NCBI GenBank assembly: GCA_051294905.1
Contig: CM119371.1
Span: 7,380,001 to 7,444,000, forward strand
Length of the DNA: 64,000 bases
Reading direction: 5' to 3'
Origin: Botryllus schlosseri
Taxonomy: Eukaryota
The notes under the pieces were generated by a model. It did not search any database. It saw nothing but the letters and a program-made list of their open reading frames with translations, and was not told the DNA's origin. Numbering within the stretch: the first letter of the stretch is position 1; the number at the start of each line of letters is the position of its first letter. Positions 1 to 11,497 of the stretch are shown here, piece after piece. Made by a program: the position numbers and the translations under genes.

Positions 1-800
1 ATCAGTTTGTGACTGCATCGCGAAGATGCATATTGCGATTTTCTTTCAATATGCAACTGAATTGGAATTTACAAATTATGTCCAATCTTATAAATATCGT
101 TACTAATAACAGGGATTGGTGGTACATAAAAATCCTATTTTAGTTATTATTAGTAATTTATAGATACTTTTGAAAGCAATAGTTTTCATAATAAAGAAGT
201 TGTGACTCAAACACTCAATGATTTTGTGTTTTACTGAGCCTCCATTGTTCTATCATTAATAAATTGACCGCAAACAAAGTGATCGGAGCTCGCAAACTAG
301 TAGTATAGTAACCTAATGGCACAGTATATATCCATTTTTTATAGAATGCTGATAGTGGTCGGTACCCGCCTTAAAGGGGCACTGCGCTCTAAAAATAATG
401 TGGTCTCAAATTGAAGGGCAAAAGGAAAGAAAAATTGGCCGCAGTCATTTCCTTCAGAACGCCACCGTAATGAAGCTGCAATGTATTGAAATTTCCATAG
501 GACCTTCACGCTCCAGCTGGCGCGGCTGCGCTTCATTTCTTAACCCGTTACATGGCACGATGTTTTCACCGTTGCACTTGCTCGACGCGATTAGGCAGTC
601 ACGCAGAATGTGTAGTTGTCAGCCGATGTTATGAAGGAAATATGTCTTACACGCCAAGGTGGTTTAGATACGGCTCTCAACAGATGATGTTAAGTTCAGT
701 CAGATTTATGTCTAAATTGGACCAAGTGTATTATATTTCTTCAGATAAGAAATAGATCATGTCCTATTCTTACGCATAAAACATGATCATCACTAATCAG

Positions 801-2007
801 TAGGGCGATTTTTTTTTTACCTAAAAAACGAAAGATTTTGACCTAAAAAATCTAAATTTTGACATTTTTTGACCTTAAAAAACTAAATTTTGACTAAATT
901 TTGACCTAACGTATGCAAATTAGGTGGTTTCCCAAAAAATGTTGGAATTTTACTACTTATCCTCATTTCTGGTTTGGATTGTCTGTCCTTTACGAAGTAG
1001 TTTTCCCTGAAAAACTTGTTTGACTCAAAAACTGACAAATTTTTACATGGCGAAATATTATTTTAACAAAATTTAGCCCTATGATGAATTCCAGTACATG
1101 AAGTACTACGGTGAAAATAATTAAAATTTGTTGTAGTACAACGAAAGATACTTTCCTGCATTCTCGGCAGGGATATCTAGATATCTAGTTCTAGATATCC
1201 CTGATTCACGGGTAAAAAGTGTCTGTCTTTACTAAGTAGCTTGCCAAGGATGAAGTTGTGGCGAGATAGCGTAGTGGGATAATCCACAGCTACAACACCA
1301 ATGGGTTTTAGGTTCTGGTCCGACCGAGGTCGACTACAGAATTCCACCCAAGTGTTGAAGGTTTATCTAGGTTCCTCCTCGCCATCTCATCCGCGTAAGC
1401 GGTGTCTTACAAAAAGCATAGAAGTGGGCCGTGCTACAAATCGGCAGATACTCGACGGATGCGGAATCGAAAATAAGGAATATCGGCCTGGTGTAAATGA
1501 CCATTGTAGTCGACAAACACCATGAATATACAAACAACAACATCAAGAAGAATGGAGAAAGAACGTTCAACTGTAGCAGCTATTGGCTGGCAACACTGAA
1601 GTTGTGCGTGCGACCGTGCGTACACTGCTGGTGACACACCGTGTTGCTTCATTCTGACAATGGTGTACATCTCAATTTTTGTAAGAACCATGCAATGTCC
1701 ACGCAGTCTAGCTTCACTTAGAATATTGCGGTACGTTGAGCATAACACCGTGTCAACCTATTTGTTTCATTTGACTGTTTATGATTCACAATGAGCAGAC
1801 AAAATGAGCCGTCTGCCACGGTAGGCCTATAAAGTAGGCTACAAACTGTAAAATGTCAAACGATAAGTTCACCGATTGCGGAAAATCTACGATACAAATA
1901 AAATGCAGGTTGCGAAAAATTCAGTCAATTTTGACATTTTTTGACCTAACGCTAAAATTTTGACCTTATTTTGACTTTTTTTGACATGTCAAAAAAAAAT
2001 CGCCCTA
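801..2007. mobile_element. Non-autonomous hAT element nested in the Kolobok-like element
   Basis: TIR TAGGGCGATTTTTTTT / AAAAAAAATCGCCCTA; perfect 8-bp TSD CTAATCAG (793-800, 2008-2015); subterminal TTTTGACC repeats. Confidence 0.9.
1258..1545 (+). mobile_element. tRNA-derived SINE family 1, nested in the hAT element
   Basis: A-box TAGCGTAGTGG and degenerate B-box GGTTCTGGTCC; a second copy is at 34900-35173. Confidence 0.7.
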
Positions 2008-4284
2008 CTAATCAGTATGATGGTGGGCTGACAACTATCTAAAGTTCGTTCTTCAAGTGATTGCCTAATCTTGTCGAGCAAGTACAACGGTGAAGATATG
2101 ATGACGCGCTTCCGCGACAGCTGGAGCGCGAAGGTCCCGTAGAAATTTAAATATATTGCAGCTCCATTACGGTAGTGTTCTGAAGAAAATGGCTGCTACC
2201 AAAAAATTATTTTCGTTTAGCCATTCAATTTCAGAGCACATCATTTTTAGAGCGCAGTGCCCCTTTAATCAAACCCAGTGTATGATTTGAATCGGATTAT
2301 AATCAGGTTAATAAGTTTATTTTACTCGTCAACCATTGGCTCAGGCTTAAATTGCATCTCACAGATGTGTACGAAGCCATTTTTGCATGTTCATTATTTA
2401 ACTCTATATTCGTCCCTCTATTCCAAATAAATGGCAGATTTCGTGACTGGACTTGACTTGAGTCACCTTTAAAAATCGATTGACTTGACTCGACTGAATT
2501 CAAAATGCGCAATGACTCGAGATGGTAGTGATTTGATCCCAAACACCGATCACACTTATCAAGAGAGGTGACCCATTTATGGATGTTACGTCACAATTCC
2601 CTCGTCATCGACACAGGTTATTGTTTCAATTCATAGCGGGTTGCGAGTTGAGCATGGGGCGTCAATATCATTTACGAGCGGCAAAGTGAAATTTTACGAT
2701 TCTTGTGGACCTCGACTTAAACAACTAGAACTTTTCAGATTTTTCAAATTAGGGTACAATCAGTTATCAGATATATATAGCTATACTGTTGTTTCTAAAT
2801 TAAGGGTAAAATCAGAATTATAGCTAAACAGTATTTTCTAAACTAGATTAAAATTAGGAATATAGTTACACTTTTTTTCCAAATGATATTTGAATTGCTG
2901 AGTTCACGAAAACTTGGACATTGAATCAACTTCATTTCATATCAAATCATCGTTCCGAGTACGAGAATAACAAATGTCTGTACCGCAAGATTTACTCGTT
3001 TCGAGCTATACAGTTCGTCTACAGCATTTACGGGAAAACCGGAAATTAGATTAGAATAAAAACTATGGAACAAAAACATTTCCAAAATTAAATTAGAATT
3101 AAAGCAAGGACACATTTCACGAATTCGATTACTGGCATTTCAACCTAATTAGTCAAATTGGACAACTAAAATTATGCAGTTGTCCAAGTAGATCTCCACC
3201 TTTTTTGTCAACTGTTTGATTTGGAGTCCGACTTGGGTTGTCACTTGGGGCCTGAAATGCGCTTTGCCCGGTCACTAGATGTCGACAAATTGAAGGAGGC
3301 GCTTTTCGTAATGAGTTCACAACAAATGTGAAATTTTGTCGCGTCGGTGTCTGCTTCTGTGACAACCTGCAATCCAGTGATGGGGCTGGGGTTTGAATTT
3401 TACGAATTGTTCGTTTGGCTGCTTCGAGCCACCACATTCTTACTCCCCTTGAAACTTTGCCGAGTTTGCACTGCTTCACGGCCTCCTTGATCTGCAAAAA
3501 ATAGTAGCTAGTCAGTCAATGCTAGCATTGGAATCACAGGCTATTAAGGTATTTTTCAAATCCTGGGATTTCGAGAAAGCATCTTCTAGAGCAGTGGTTC
3601 ACAACCAGGGGTCTGCAGAGCCTCAAAGTAGTTGATAAGCTAATTTGTATTTTTTCAAATTCGGAAAATCTTGAGACACTTCTGTTTCATTGCTAGTAAA
3701 ACTCCAGAGCTGACTTCAACAGAATGGCATTCCGAGGAGAAATATCCTACTGTGCAGACTCATTTTAATTGCTAAATAGCCGATAGCCTACGGATCAGAC
3801 ATGGGGTGATTACTTCATGAATGTAATCGATTGCGATTACGATTACTTCAGAATCACGCGATTACGATTACAGCAAAATCAGGAAGTAGTCGATTACGAT
3901 TACATTGGAAAAGTAATCACGATTACTCACGATTACATTTGTTTTGCTTCTTAGGACTATAATCTTAAATGATATAGTGGAAGACAATACAAGGATTGCG
4001 ATGAAAAGCCTAATGAGATATCAACTCTCTTCATACATCATGCGTCATTTACTTATTGCGTCATAATATACCAATTGCCCAAATTTATAGGGGATGATGT
4101 ATCGCACCCAACGATTTGTATTATTGCCAGGTCCTTTACCTGCCGCACCCTAAATTCCTTAATAGGGTGGGGAGCATGAGGACTCAAATATATCGTAAAC
4201 CAACATAAATTATACAGTATTTTCGAGAATTTAATTAATTCTTGAAAATGTTCTTCGAGCTTCGCGATTCAAATGTCTCTAATA

Positions 4285-4773
4285 CAGGGGTCACTGGTCA
4301 CCAACGCGGACCAAATGAGTCGCCCGCGGTTGCTGTAGCAAATATCCAAATGAGAGATTTGAAAGTTGAAGCTGGTTTCATATGAGCAGCAGTTGAACGT
4401 GGGTCGGCCGACCCCAAGGAACATACGAATGCAGTCGCTCGGGGCATTGCTCGTCTTCGCCCATGCGACGGCTCGACGGGAATCTATAGTTAATATTCCA
4501 GAGTCTCGACGCGGAGATTGGCGCTTCGGCGCACACTGCAGCAACGCAATCGAGCCCGGAGGAGCTGGTGTGAGTCCCGGCGAGTGAGCGGTTTTTGTTC
4601 TTGGTAAGGGGCGGGAACCCGGCCCCGTGCTCTGATTGTCTTACTCTAAGTGAAGAAATCCAACTGAGCACGGATAAACGGCGGGAGTAGGAGGTATCCC
4701 GTCGGTCGTCGCAATAATCAGTACACATTACACAAGAAGTAGCTTTTTGTTTCAAAACGGTTGCTGACCCCTG
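4285..4773. mobile_element. hAT MITE carrying 28S rRNA-derived cargo
   Basis: Termini CAGGGGTCA / TGACCCCTG; near-TSD CTCTAATA / CTCCAGTA (6/8). Confidence 0.72.
4335..4689 (+). pseudogene. Degenerate 28S rRNA fragments (two non-contiguous blocks, about 4335-4620 and 4622-4689)
   Basis: gtagcaaatatccaaatgagag..cagcagttgaacgtgggtc resembles conserved LSU GTAGCAAATATTCAAA..CAGCAGTTGAACATGGGTC. gccccgtgctctgattgtc..aagtgaagaaatccaa..taaacggcgggagta resembles GCCCAGTGCTCTGAATGTC..AAGTGAAGAAATTCAA..TAAACGGCGGGAGTA. Matches are from recalled conserved sequence. Confidence 0.85.
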
Positions 4774-6619
4774 CTCCAGTAGATAGCTGGATTTGAAATG
4801 CATACCTCCCCCCTCAAGAAAAAAAACATGCATAGGCTATTTTATGGGAACAGGCATTTCGGAGCCGGTCATTACCGCGCCACGATCTCACAACACACCA
4901 ACACGCAACTCCACGGGATGTGATACCAATGAAATACCTTGGCCGAAGCTTAGGGTGTTCGTCCATTGTCAATAGCCGCGCTGGGTGGGCGTGACTAATA
5001 AGTCCTGTCCTTCCAATCTGAGCCCACAATGCAAATGCGACCCGGCGCATTCAAAAAGAAATAAAGCCATGAAAATTTGTGTGCGCGTCTCACGAAAGAT
5101 ATTCTTTTAGTCTGCTACGTTTGGGCGAATACGATATCTTATCATTCTACAACAGACTGGAGGTCGCGAATTAACAACATACAATAAAGTAATTATAACA
5201 ACATACCAGGTGCTTTAATTATGAATTACGTGCCCCAGCTCTACATATAAATCTGACACTCGGGGCTGAGAGAGGTTAAAATGAATAGTAATATAATGCA
5301 ATATTACCAATATTATTGACGAAATTCAGTTTTGAAAATTGACCAACGGTTGGACTGGGGGACGAATTGCTGTTTTGGTTCTGATTCTAGCTACAACCCA
5401 CGCTAGTATGTCAGGCTATATAAGCGGATATGGTTAATTGGTTATGGCGGCATGTCCAAATGCCGAGTAACGAACTGTGAAATAAAGATTGGCGCCCGTT
5501 TCAAGTAGTTATATGAGAATAAGATATAGTGAACATAAAAATTCTGCCTTCAACTTAATACATATACTGCGAGCTGCTGTTACGAGAGACGGCTGAGCAC
5601 GGCTCGGTTATGATATATATCAGCATCTATTTATTTGTAATGCTTCGTTGTGGAAACTGCAATGTTTTATTCGACGAGTACAAAATTCCGAATCTTTGTC
5701 AGGTGTACGGTACGTGCGTACATAGGCCTACTGCTTGCCAAGCAGCAACGGTAAAACTGTGTTTAACTAAGCACAACTAAACATCAATACTATTGAAATT
5801 CATAGGCATAATGGTGATCAATATCCTGCTGCGAGGTAGGAGCGTCTGTAGTGTATTGATAACCTGATATACACCACGGGGTGTTCTTACAATCACACTA
5901 CAATGTCCATCGCATGTCTGTTTACTATGTGTGGATACTTCTTACGCAATGACGAGCGGAGCTAATACTTCTGACGTAATAATGAGTAGTGGCGTTTGAA
6001 AATCAGACGTTTGTGCTATCGTTAACGTCCGGTATATTATCTCATTCTTGTTCACGAATATTCACTGTGTCATAGTCCTTGTACAAACAAAAAGTAATCG
6101 TTCTTTCACAAAAAATCGATTAGATATGGGAAGTAGTCGATTACGATTACGATTACTTCGGATTTTTTTCGAATGTAATCGATTGCGATTACGATTACTT
6201 CAAAATGCTGTAATCGTCGTAATCGATTACGATTACTAATCGCGATTACCCCATGTCTGCTACGGATACAAACATTTTCCTGCTAGGAGATGTTTTGTTG
6301 GATGAGTAAGGTCAGGCACGGTGATTTCGAAATATTTACAAAAACCCATTTTCTCTTGTGATAACCATTTTTCCATAATAACTTCAAGATAGGCTGCTAG
6401 ATAGAAATACTAGGATTGACGTTATATCGGGGGCGTGCAACTTCTCCAGTTGGCTGGTCAGATATGGAAAAATTAGGTGCTCGGCGGGCCGGATTCCTGA
6501 ATTGATACATAAACCGCGTATTTATCCCCCTATATATCTATTGTAACCTTTAAGTTTAAATATGATGCCAAAACCAGTAATTGTTGGATTATTCGTAATG
6601 TAATTCAATAGCTGTTGAA

Positions 6620-6735
6620 GTCAATGAGACATCTGTGGTAATCAAACTTGCCAAGAAGTTCTTCAAACTCTGGCTGCATGTCAGACGTAGAAACCCTTGG
6701 GATAGAATGCAAGTGAACGTCAGTTAGATTGTTAA
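6620..6735 (-). pseudogene. Remnant of a second hAT transposase C-terminus (SPIN/GTF2IRD2-like)
   Basis: Minus strand reads LTDVHLHSI..RVSTSDMQPEFEELL..SH*; a related remnant is at about 16860-16990 (+). Confidence 0.5.
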
Positions 6736-6799
6736 TGTTTATGCATTGTTAATGTTTGCTCGCAAATGTATGTTGACCCGCGGGTCACATTATCATGGG

Positions 6800-6960
6800 A
6801 GGCCGGAGACTGATCGTCAATTTTGGAGCCATATTTATTGCGATCATACCCAAACGAGTCGTCGAAAGCGTTACGCTTTATTATTACATTCACCAACACC
6901 TGTATTTGGGGAAATGGGTTCTCGGCACTCGTTAATATCCTATCAAGGCACTCATATTCA
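6800..6960 (+). pseudogene. hAT transposase C-terminal dimerisation-domain remnant
   Basis: Frameshifted FWSHI..SYPNESSKALRFIITFTNTCIWGNGFSALVNI resembles the hAT FW..YP.L...AL....F..T...E.GFS motif. Confidence 0.6.
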
Positions 6961-7802
6961 ACACACGGCATTGTATTTCAAGAAATGCAATTGCAGAATT
7001 CGCTTTGAAGTAATAGGAGTAAACTCAATTTCTAGATCAATAGTATGATCTCATTTTCAAGTATAGTCATTTTGATGCTGATTATCACTAAGTGTATTGT
7101 TATCATTTGCACAAGACAGATGACGTTTGCATTGAACGATAATTGAGCTAAATTTGAACTAATACTTTGTGGGGGTCTGTGACAGTCCAAAAGGAGTCCG
7201 CGAATACAAAAGGTTGGGAACCACTGTTCTAGAGCTAAAGCAGCGGTTAGTTTGCTCTTAAAGCAGCGATACAATATCATTTGAATGTCTTGAACACGCT
7301 ACATTGCTGTGATAATATTACCAAGTTGGTAACCAACTATTGCATAATAATGAACTACAATCTTCTTCAATATTTTTCGTAATGGTGCACCATTTTAAAG
7401 AATGCTCAAAACTTGTCCACCGCAGTTCACATAATATATCGAATCCGTAGTAAACCAAATCAGAAACTAACATGTAACCATGCAGAATTCCATTGGAAAT
7501 GCTAATGCTACCAACCAATCAGCTTTCAACATAACCGGAGCTTGATTGAACACAGTGGTTTTCAACCAAGGCTTACGAAACATTATTAGGAAACCGTGAA
7601 CCGATTGATAAATAGAATTTGTGACATTGGAAGCTAGGGCAGACCAACACAAACCCAGCTCTCTACACCATCCAGTCAGATTCCAGGTTTCGAGAGTGTA
7701 TTTACGACGGATTTTCAAAACTACTTACATAATTCAGTAGTTCTCAAAGACAGCAAATTCTTTTTCTCCTTGAAGTAGTCTAATTCAGGGTTGGTTGACA
7801 AA

Positions 7803-8149
7803 TAGGGTTACCCTAGGTCCTCCTCTAGGAGGATTTGTCCTCCTTTACAGCTTTTACAGCTAAGATAATGAATAGATTCGAGTGAAAACGAGCAATGTGA
7901 CACTAAATAGGAAATTTGCGGTTTGATCGAAAGTAAATACCTTTTTTACAAGTTAACACCACTAATTTTAAGTAGAAAGTGTGTCAAACGGGTGTCGAAC
8001 CAAAGTGATGACCTTTTTTTAGTCAAGCAACCATCAAGTCTAGACATAAATCAACATTTTTTCCGGATGTTACTCCAGTATCGTAAGTCTGAAAATTTTG
8101 ATAAAGTGTCCTCTTTTGAGATCTCCAAAATATGGTTATGGTAACCCTA
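7803..8149. mobile_element. hAT MITE (TAGGGTTACC family)
   Basis: TIR TAGGGTTACC / GGTAACCCTA; same site as the copy at 54136-54533. Confidence 0.8.
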
Positions 8150-8301
8150 TTGGAAAAGCAATACTTTTACTCGTAGTGGAGTGAACTTTGCATTGCTACT
8201 TTTACTTGGAGTAGCTTTTTCAACCACTTCTGATCATGCATACCGGCTCATATAATCGGAGATAGTTATTCTTATTCTTAGTAACTTTTCCGAGACAGCT
8301 A

Positions 8302-8556
8302 GGAGAGAGAGATATGATATTCTTTTTCGCCTGCACCATCGAGATGCTTTGACGACGGAGTTGCGATACAGCCGTGAGGTAATCTAGTCCGCGCCGCCGT
8401 TTTTTTCCTTCTCCATGCTATCCGTGATTGCTGAGCTCCTAGCACGATAGCTGCGGATACCATATTTCGAGTCTTCGGTATAATCCGGCCGGGTATCGAA
8501 CCCACAACCTACCGATCGAGAAGCCGGATGCACAACCATTAAACTATCTCGATCGT
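8302..8556 (-). mobile_element. tRNA-derived SINE family 2
   Basis: Minus strand has A-box TAGTTTAATGG, B-box GGTTCGATACCC and a (TC)n tail; the paralogous site at about 54680 is empty. Confidence 0.8.
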
Positions 8557-11497
8557 TGGACTTGACCTCCTTCCAAATTTACTGGTCTTGGTGTGCAATA
8601 TTTATTGCATGATTTCTTTGTCAGCTTGAAATGAGTAAATATTGGATGTGGACATAGGTAGAGAGTGTAAATATTGGTATGATTATGTCACGGTAGATAG
8701 CATAGTGCTATGAATGTCTATGGGATTTAATTATGAAATTCTCAACATCACGAACATAATGTTTACTATATATTTGTAACACTGTTTCCAATTCTGTATA
8801 TGTCACAATATTTCATAGCAACTCACCTGAAGTCATCACGATTCCTGAAAATCTTGATATAAATATCTTGTCTTTTGGCAGGAGACAAGGTCTGGAAGGA
8901 AATTTCATAATTACACGGCCAAAAAAATAGACTTGAACCAAATAGGCTTTTCCAAATAAGAGTAGAATTATAATAATCTGTTTTGAGTTATACTGACTAC
9001 CTTGTGTGTAGTTCAATAGGTACTTTATATAGAATAAAAGTAAAATTAGTTGTTTTACAGAGTTTGTGTAGTGTTGAGAAAGGTGAGATTTTCAATTAAA
9101 ACATGTTATTTGCAGGTTAGTTTCATGGCACTCTTATGGTATGTAATGATTCTATAGCGAGGAATGTTATAGTTGATTCTGAAAGTCCTTATCAGGAGCT
9201 TTCCAATGACACCTTACACTTGATGACACCACCTCTTGGTCAAAAGAAATTTGCAATTAAAAATGACGTTACGCGTGAGCGATTTTCGAAGACGCGAACA
9301 GAATCATGGGTTTAAAGGTCAGACTATGCAGCCCCAGGTGTCAAAGAAGGGGGCAAAGTATCAAGTAGGATGTAAATGAACAAGTGTGAAAGTGTCACCC
9401 TCAACAACCCTAATTTGACCAAAATATAGCAGATTTCAATTACATGTGTAAATTTCTGACATTTTTTCCGCTTGAGCGATCACAAAAACAGCAATTTTTG
9501 AACGGCCACATCTTCAGTTTTACTTGACCGATTTTCATAAAATTTGTTTTTCTAAATTCAGAAAGAAAAGTTTTCTAAGCATACCAATTTCCATGATAAT
9601 CTGAGATGGTGGGGGCATAAGTTGAAATTTTTCTGGACCACCTGACATGATCTGACCCCCCAGCCAGATAAAACTCACCTTGCATGAAAATTGGTAAATT
9701 GCTTGAAATTTGCAACGTGCTTGACTCAGATTGAAAGAAGATCCTTGCCTGTGATGATAAAGAAAGGATACATCGGGTTAGAAAAGATTCAAATTTGAAC
9801 TTTACAGTCACCCAATGTGTTGGGACTTTTTGTTACAGATAGAAATAAGATTCTTACTATTGGTTGAGTGGAGTCTATTGTGAATAATTTTAATATTTCA
9901 AAACACTCCACTATAGCATTGATGGCAAATAATCGAATCCGAAATCATTGATTTTATGAAAAGGTAAATTCAGAAATTCTCACTTTCATCTCCCGGGTTG
10001 AATTGTGACACATTGATGCATGTCAGATTCCAACTGATTGATATCGGTTGAGATTGTCATGCAAACTTCTTTTACCAAAGCCACTTCACATTCGAAGACC
10101 AGACCATTAAATGATACGTTATCCCATATGATCTTCTGATTGCAATCCACTGTAACAATATGAAGAGTGGTTATATACAGTAAAATCAATGAATCGATAT
10201 GAACCACAGGTTGTTCAGGCCTGGCCATCGTACCAGCAGATGTGGTAGATAACGAGTTGCCGATAGTCGCCTTATATAAACATAATTAGTTTTGAGCATG
10301 AGTGAAAATCAGGAATCTTGATCACGAATAGCGAAAAAATGACACTTTTTTATTCGGCGCACCCAAATTCATCAAAAACAATAAAAATAACAAGATAAAC
10401 AAACTTTTCATCAGATTTTATCTCGTGATTAATCATTGTTCATCCACAATTCTCATAAAATAAGATACGTATATAAACTTGTAATTTGTCACCTAAGCTC
10501 AATTTGCAAGCACATACTATTGTGATTTGTGAGCATACCTTTTGAAGAGCGAATAACTTGAGCAAATATTGCATGTGGCTCAAAAAAATAAGAGATCATC
10601 CACACTCATTTGAAATTTTCATGCATTGAGTGATGTGGGTTATTTAATACAGAATTATGGAAAATCCACAATTTATACCGCCTGGCGCCTACAGTAATCA
10701 GTAGGTTCCCAATAAATCCCAACTACTGATATCGGCGATATAACCATTGTGGAATGCATAGTAAAAGTTATCAAAATCATCGATCATATCTATATTGAAT
10801 AAGGAACTAAATGCATAATGAACAGTATCAACTAGAATTGCTGGCAGGATTATACACTGTAGTTCAAATAATGAAGTATATTTCCACAAAATTACTGGTC
10901 ACTATATATTTCTATTACATTCATGACACAATTTTAAAAATTGGATGTATAAAGTTCTGCCGCTTTGAATCAAAAAATGCACAGTAAATTTATTCTTATT
11001 CATGTCTCAATGTCCCAGCTGCAGACTTGTACGAACTACTAATCTAGTTGGTGGAGAGTCAAAAGCAGTTCCAGTTGCAATTTTTTGAAATGTGTAGTTT
11101 GGTGTGATTAGTGAAACTGGTGTTCTGTTGTGTGACGTTCTCGCAGCTATTGCTAGCTTGGAGTCAACGCTATCAACAATGGCGTAGCCAAAGAGTGCTT
11201 TTTCTGGGGTAAAAAACTGTCCCTTGCGAACTTCCAATTCCGTTCTTTTGAAACACAGATTTTATCTCCGACATTTCTTAGCTCATTTTCAACTCAGAAA
11301 TTCGCATTGTCAGTGAGATGCAGTTGCTTCGGAATTGAATCGACTTCATTTTGTTTCAGTTCGTTAGTAACGGATTCGAGTTAAATAATTCTAGTTCTAG
11401 GAGACAGTTTTCAAAAAGCGAGTGGTTTTAATTCTAGTTTGTGTTGCGCATTTTGAAAATCCAGTAATTTGTACAAGTCTGCGAAGGTGAGTGCAAT

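Larger units (their letters stand above)
375..2264. mobile_element. Non-autonomous Kolobok/T2-like DNA transposon
   Basis: TTAA at 371-374 and 2265-2268; termini AGGGGCACTGCGCTCTAAAAA and TTTTTAGAGCGCAGTGCCCCT; imperfect inverted arms of about 250 bp. TTAA followed by AGGRR termini is the Kolobok/T2-MITE signature. Confidence 0.85.
3796..6259. mobile_element. hAT element with GATTAC subterminal repeats
   Basis: TIR CAGACATGGGGT / ACCCCATGTCTG; perfect TSD CTACGGAT (3788-3795, 6260-6267). Confidence 0.92.
3592..7226. mobile_element. Charlie-type hAT element with transposase remnants and nested insertions
   Basis: TIR CAGTGGTTC / GAACCACTG; perfect TSD TTCTAGAG (3584-3591, 7227-7234); absent from the paralogous site at about 53575. 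Confidence 0.9.

Noticed and set aside
4335..4689. Functional 28S rRNA gene or R2 insertion
   Set aside because: The match is short, diverged and internally deleted, with no flanking rDNA; no R2 ORF follows and the sequence closes with a hAT terminus.
8480..8556. Intact tRNA genes (also at about 1260-1325 and 35105-35173)
   Set aside because: A and B boxes are present but no convincing cloverleaf; each continues into a SINE body and tail, and two have empty paralogous sites.
9575..10300. NLR/LRR or FN3 identity for the decayed block (LNLPFHKINDFGFDYL in one frame, FRIRLFAIN in another)
   Set aside because: The short motifs lie in competing frames with stops, no NACHT motifs were seen, and the identity cannot be assigned without profile searches.
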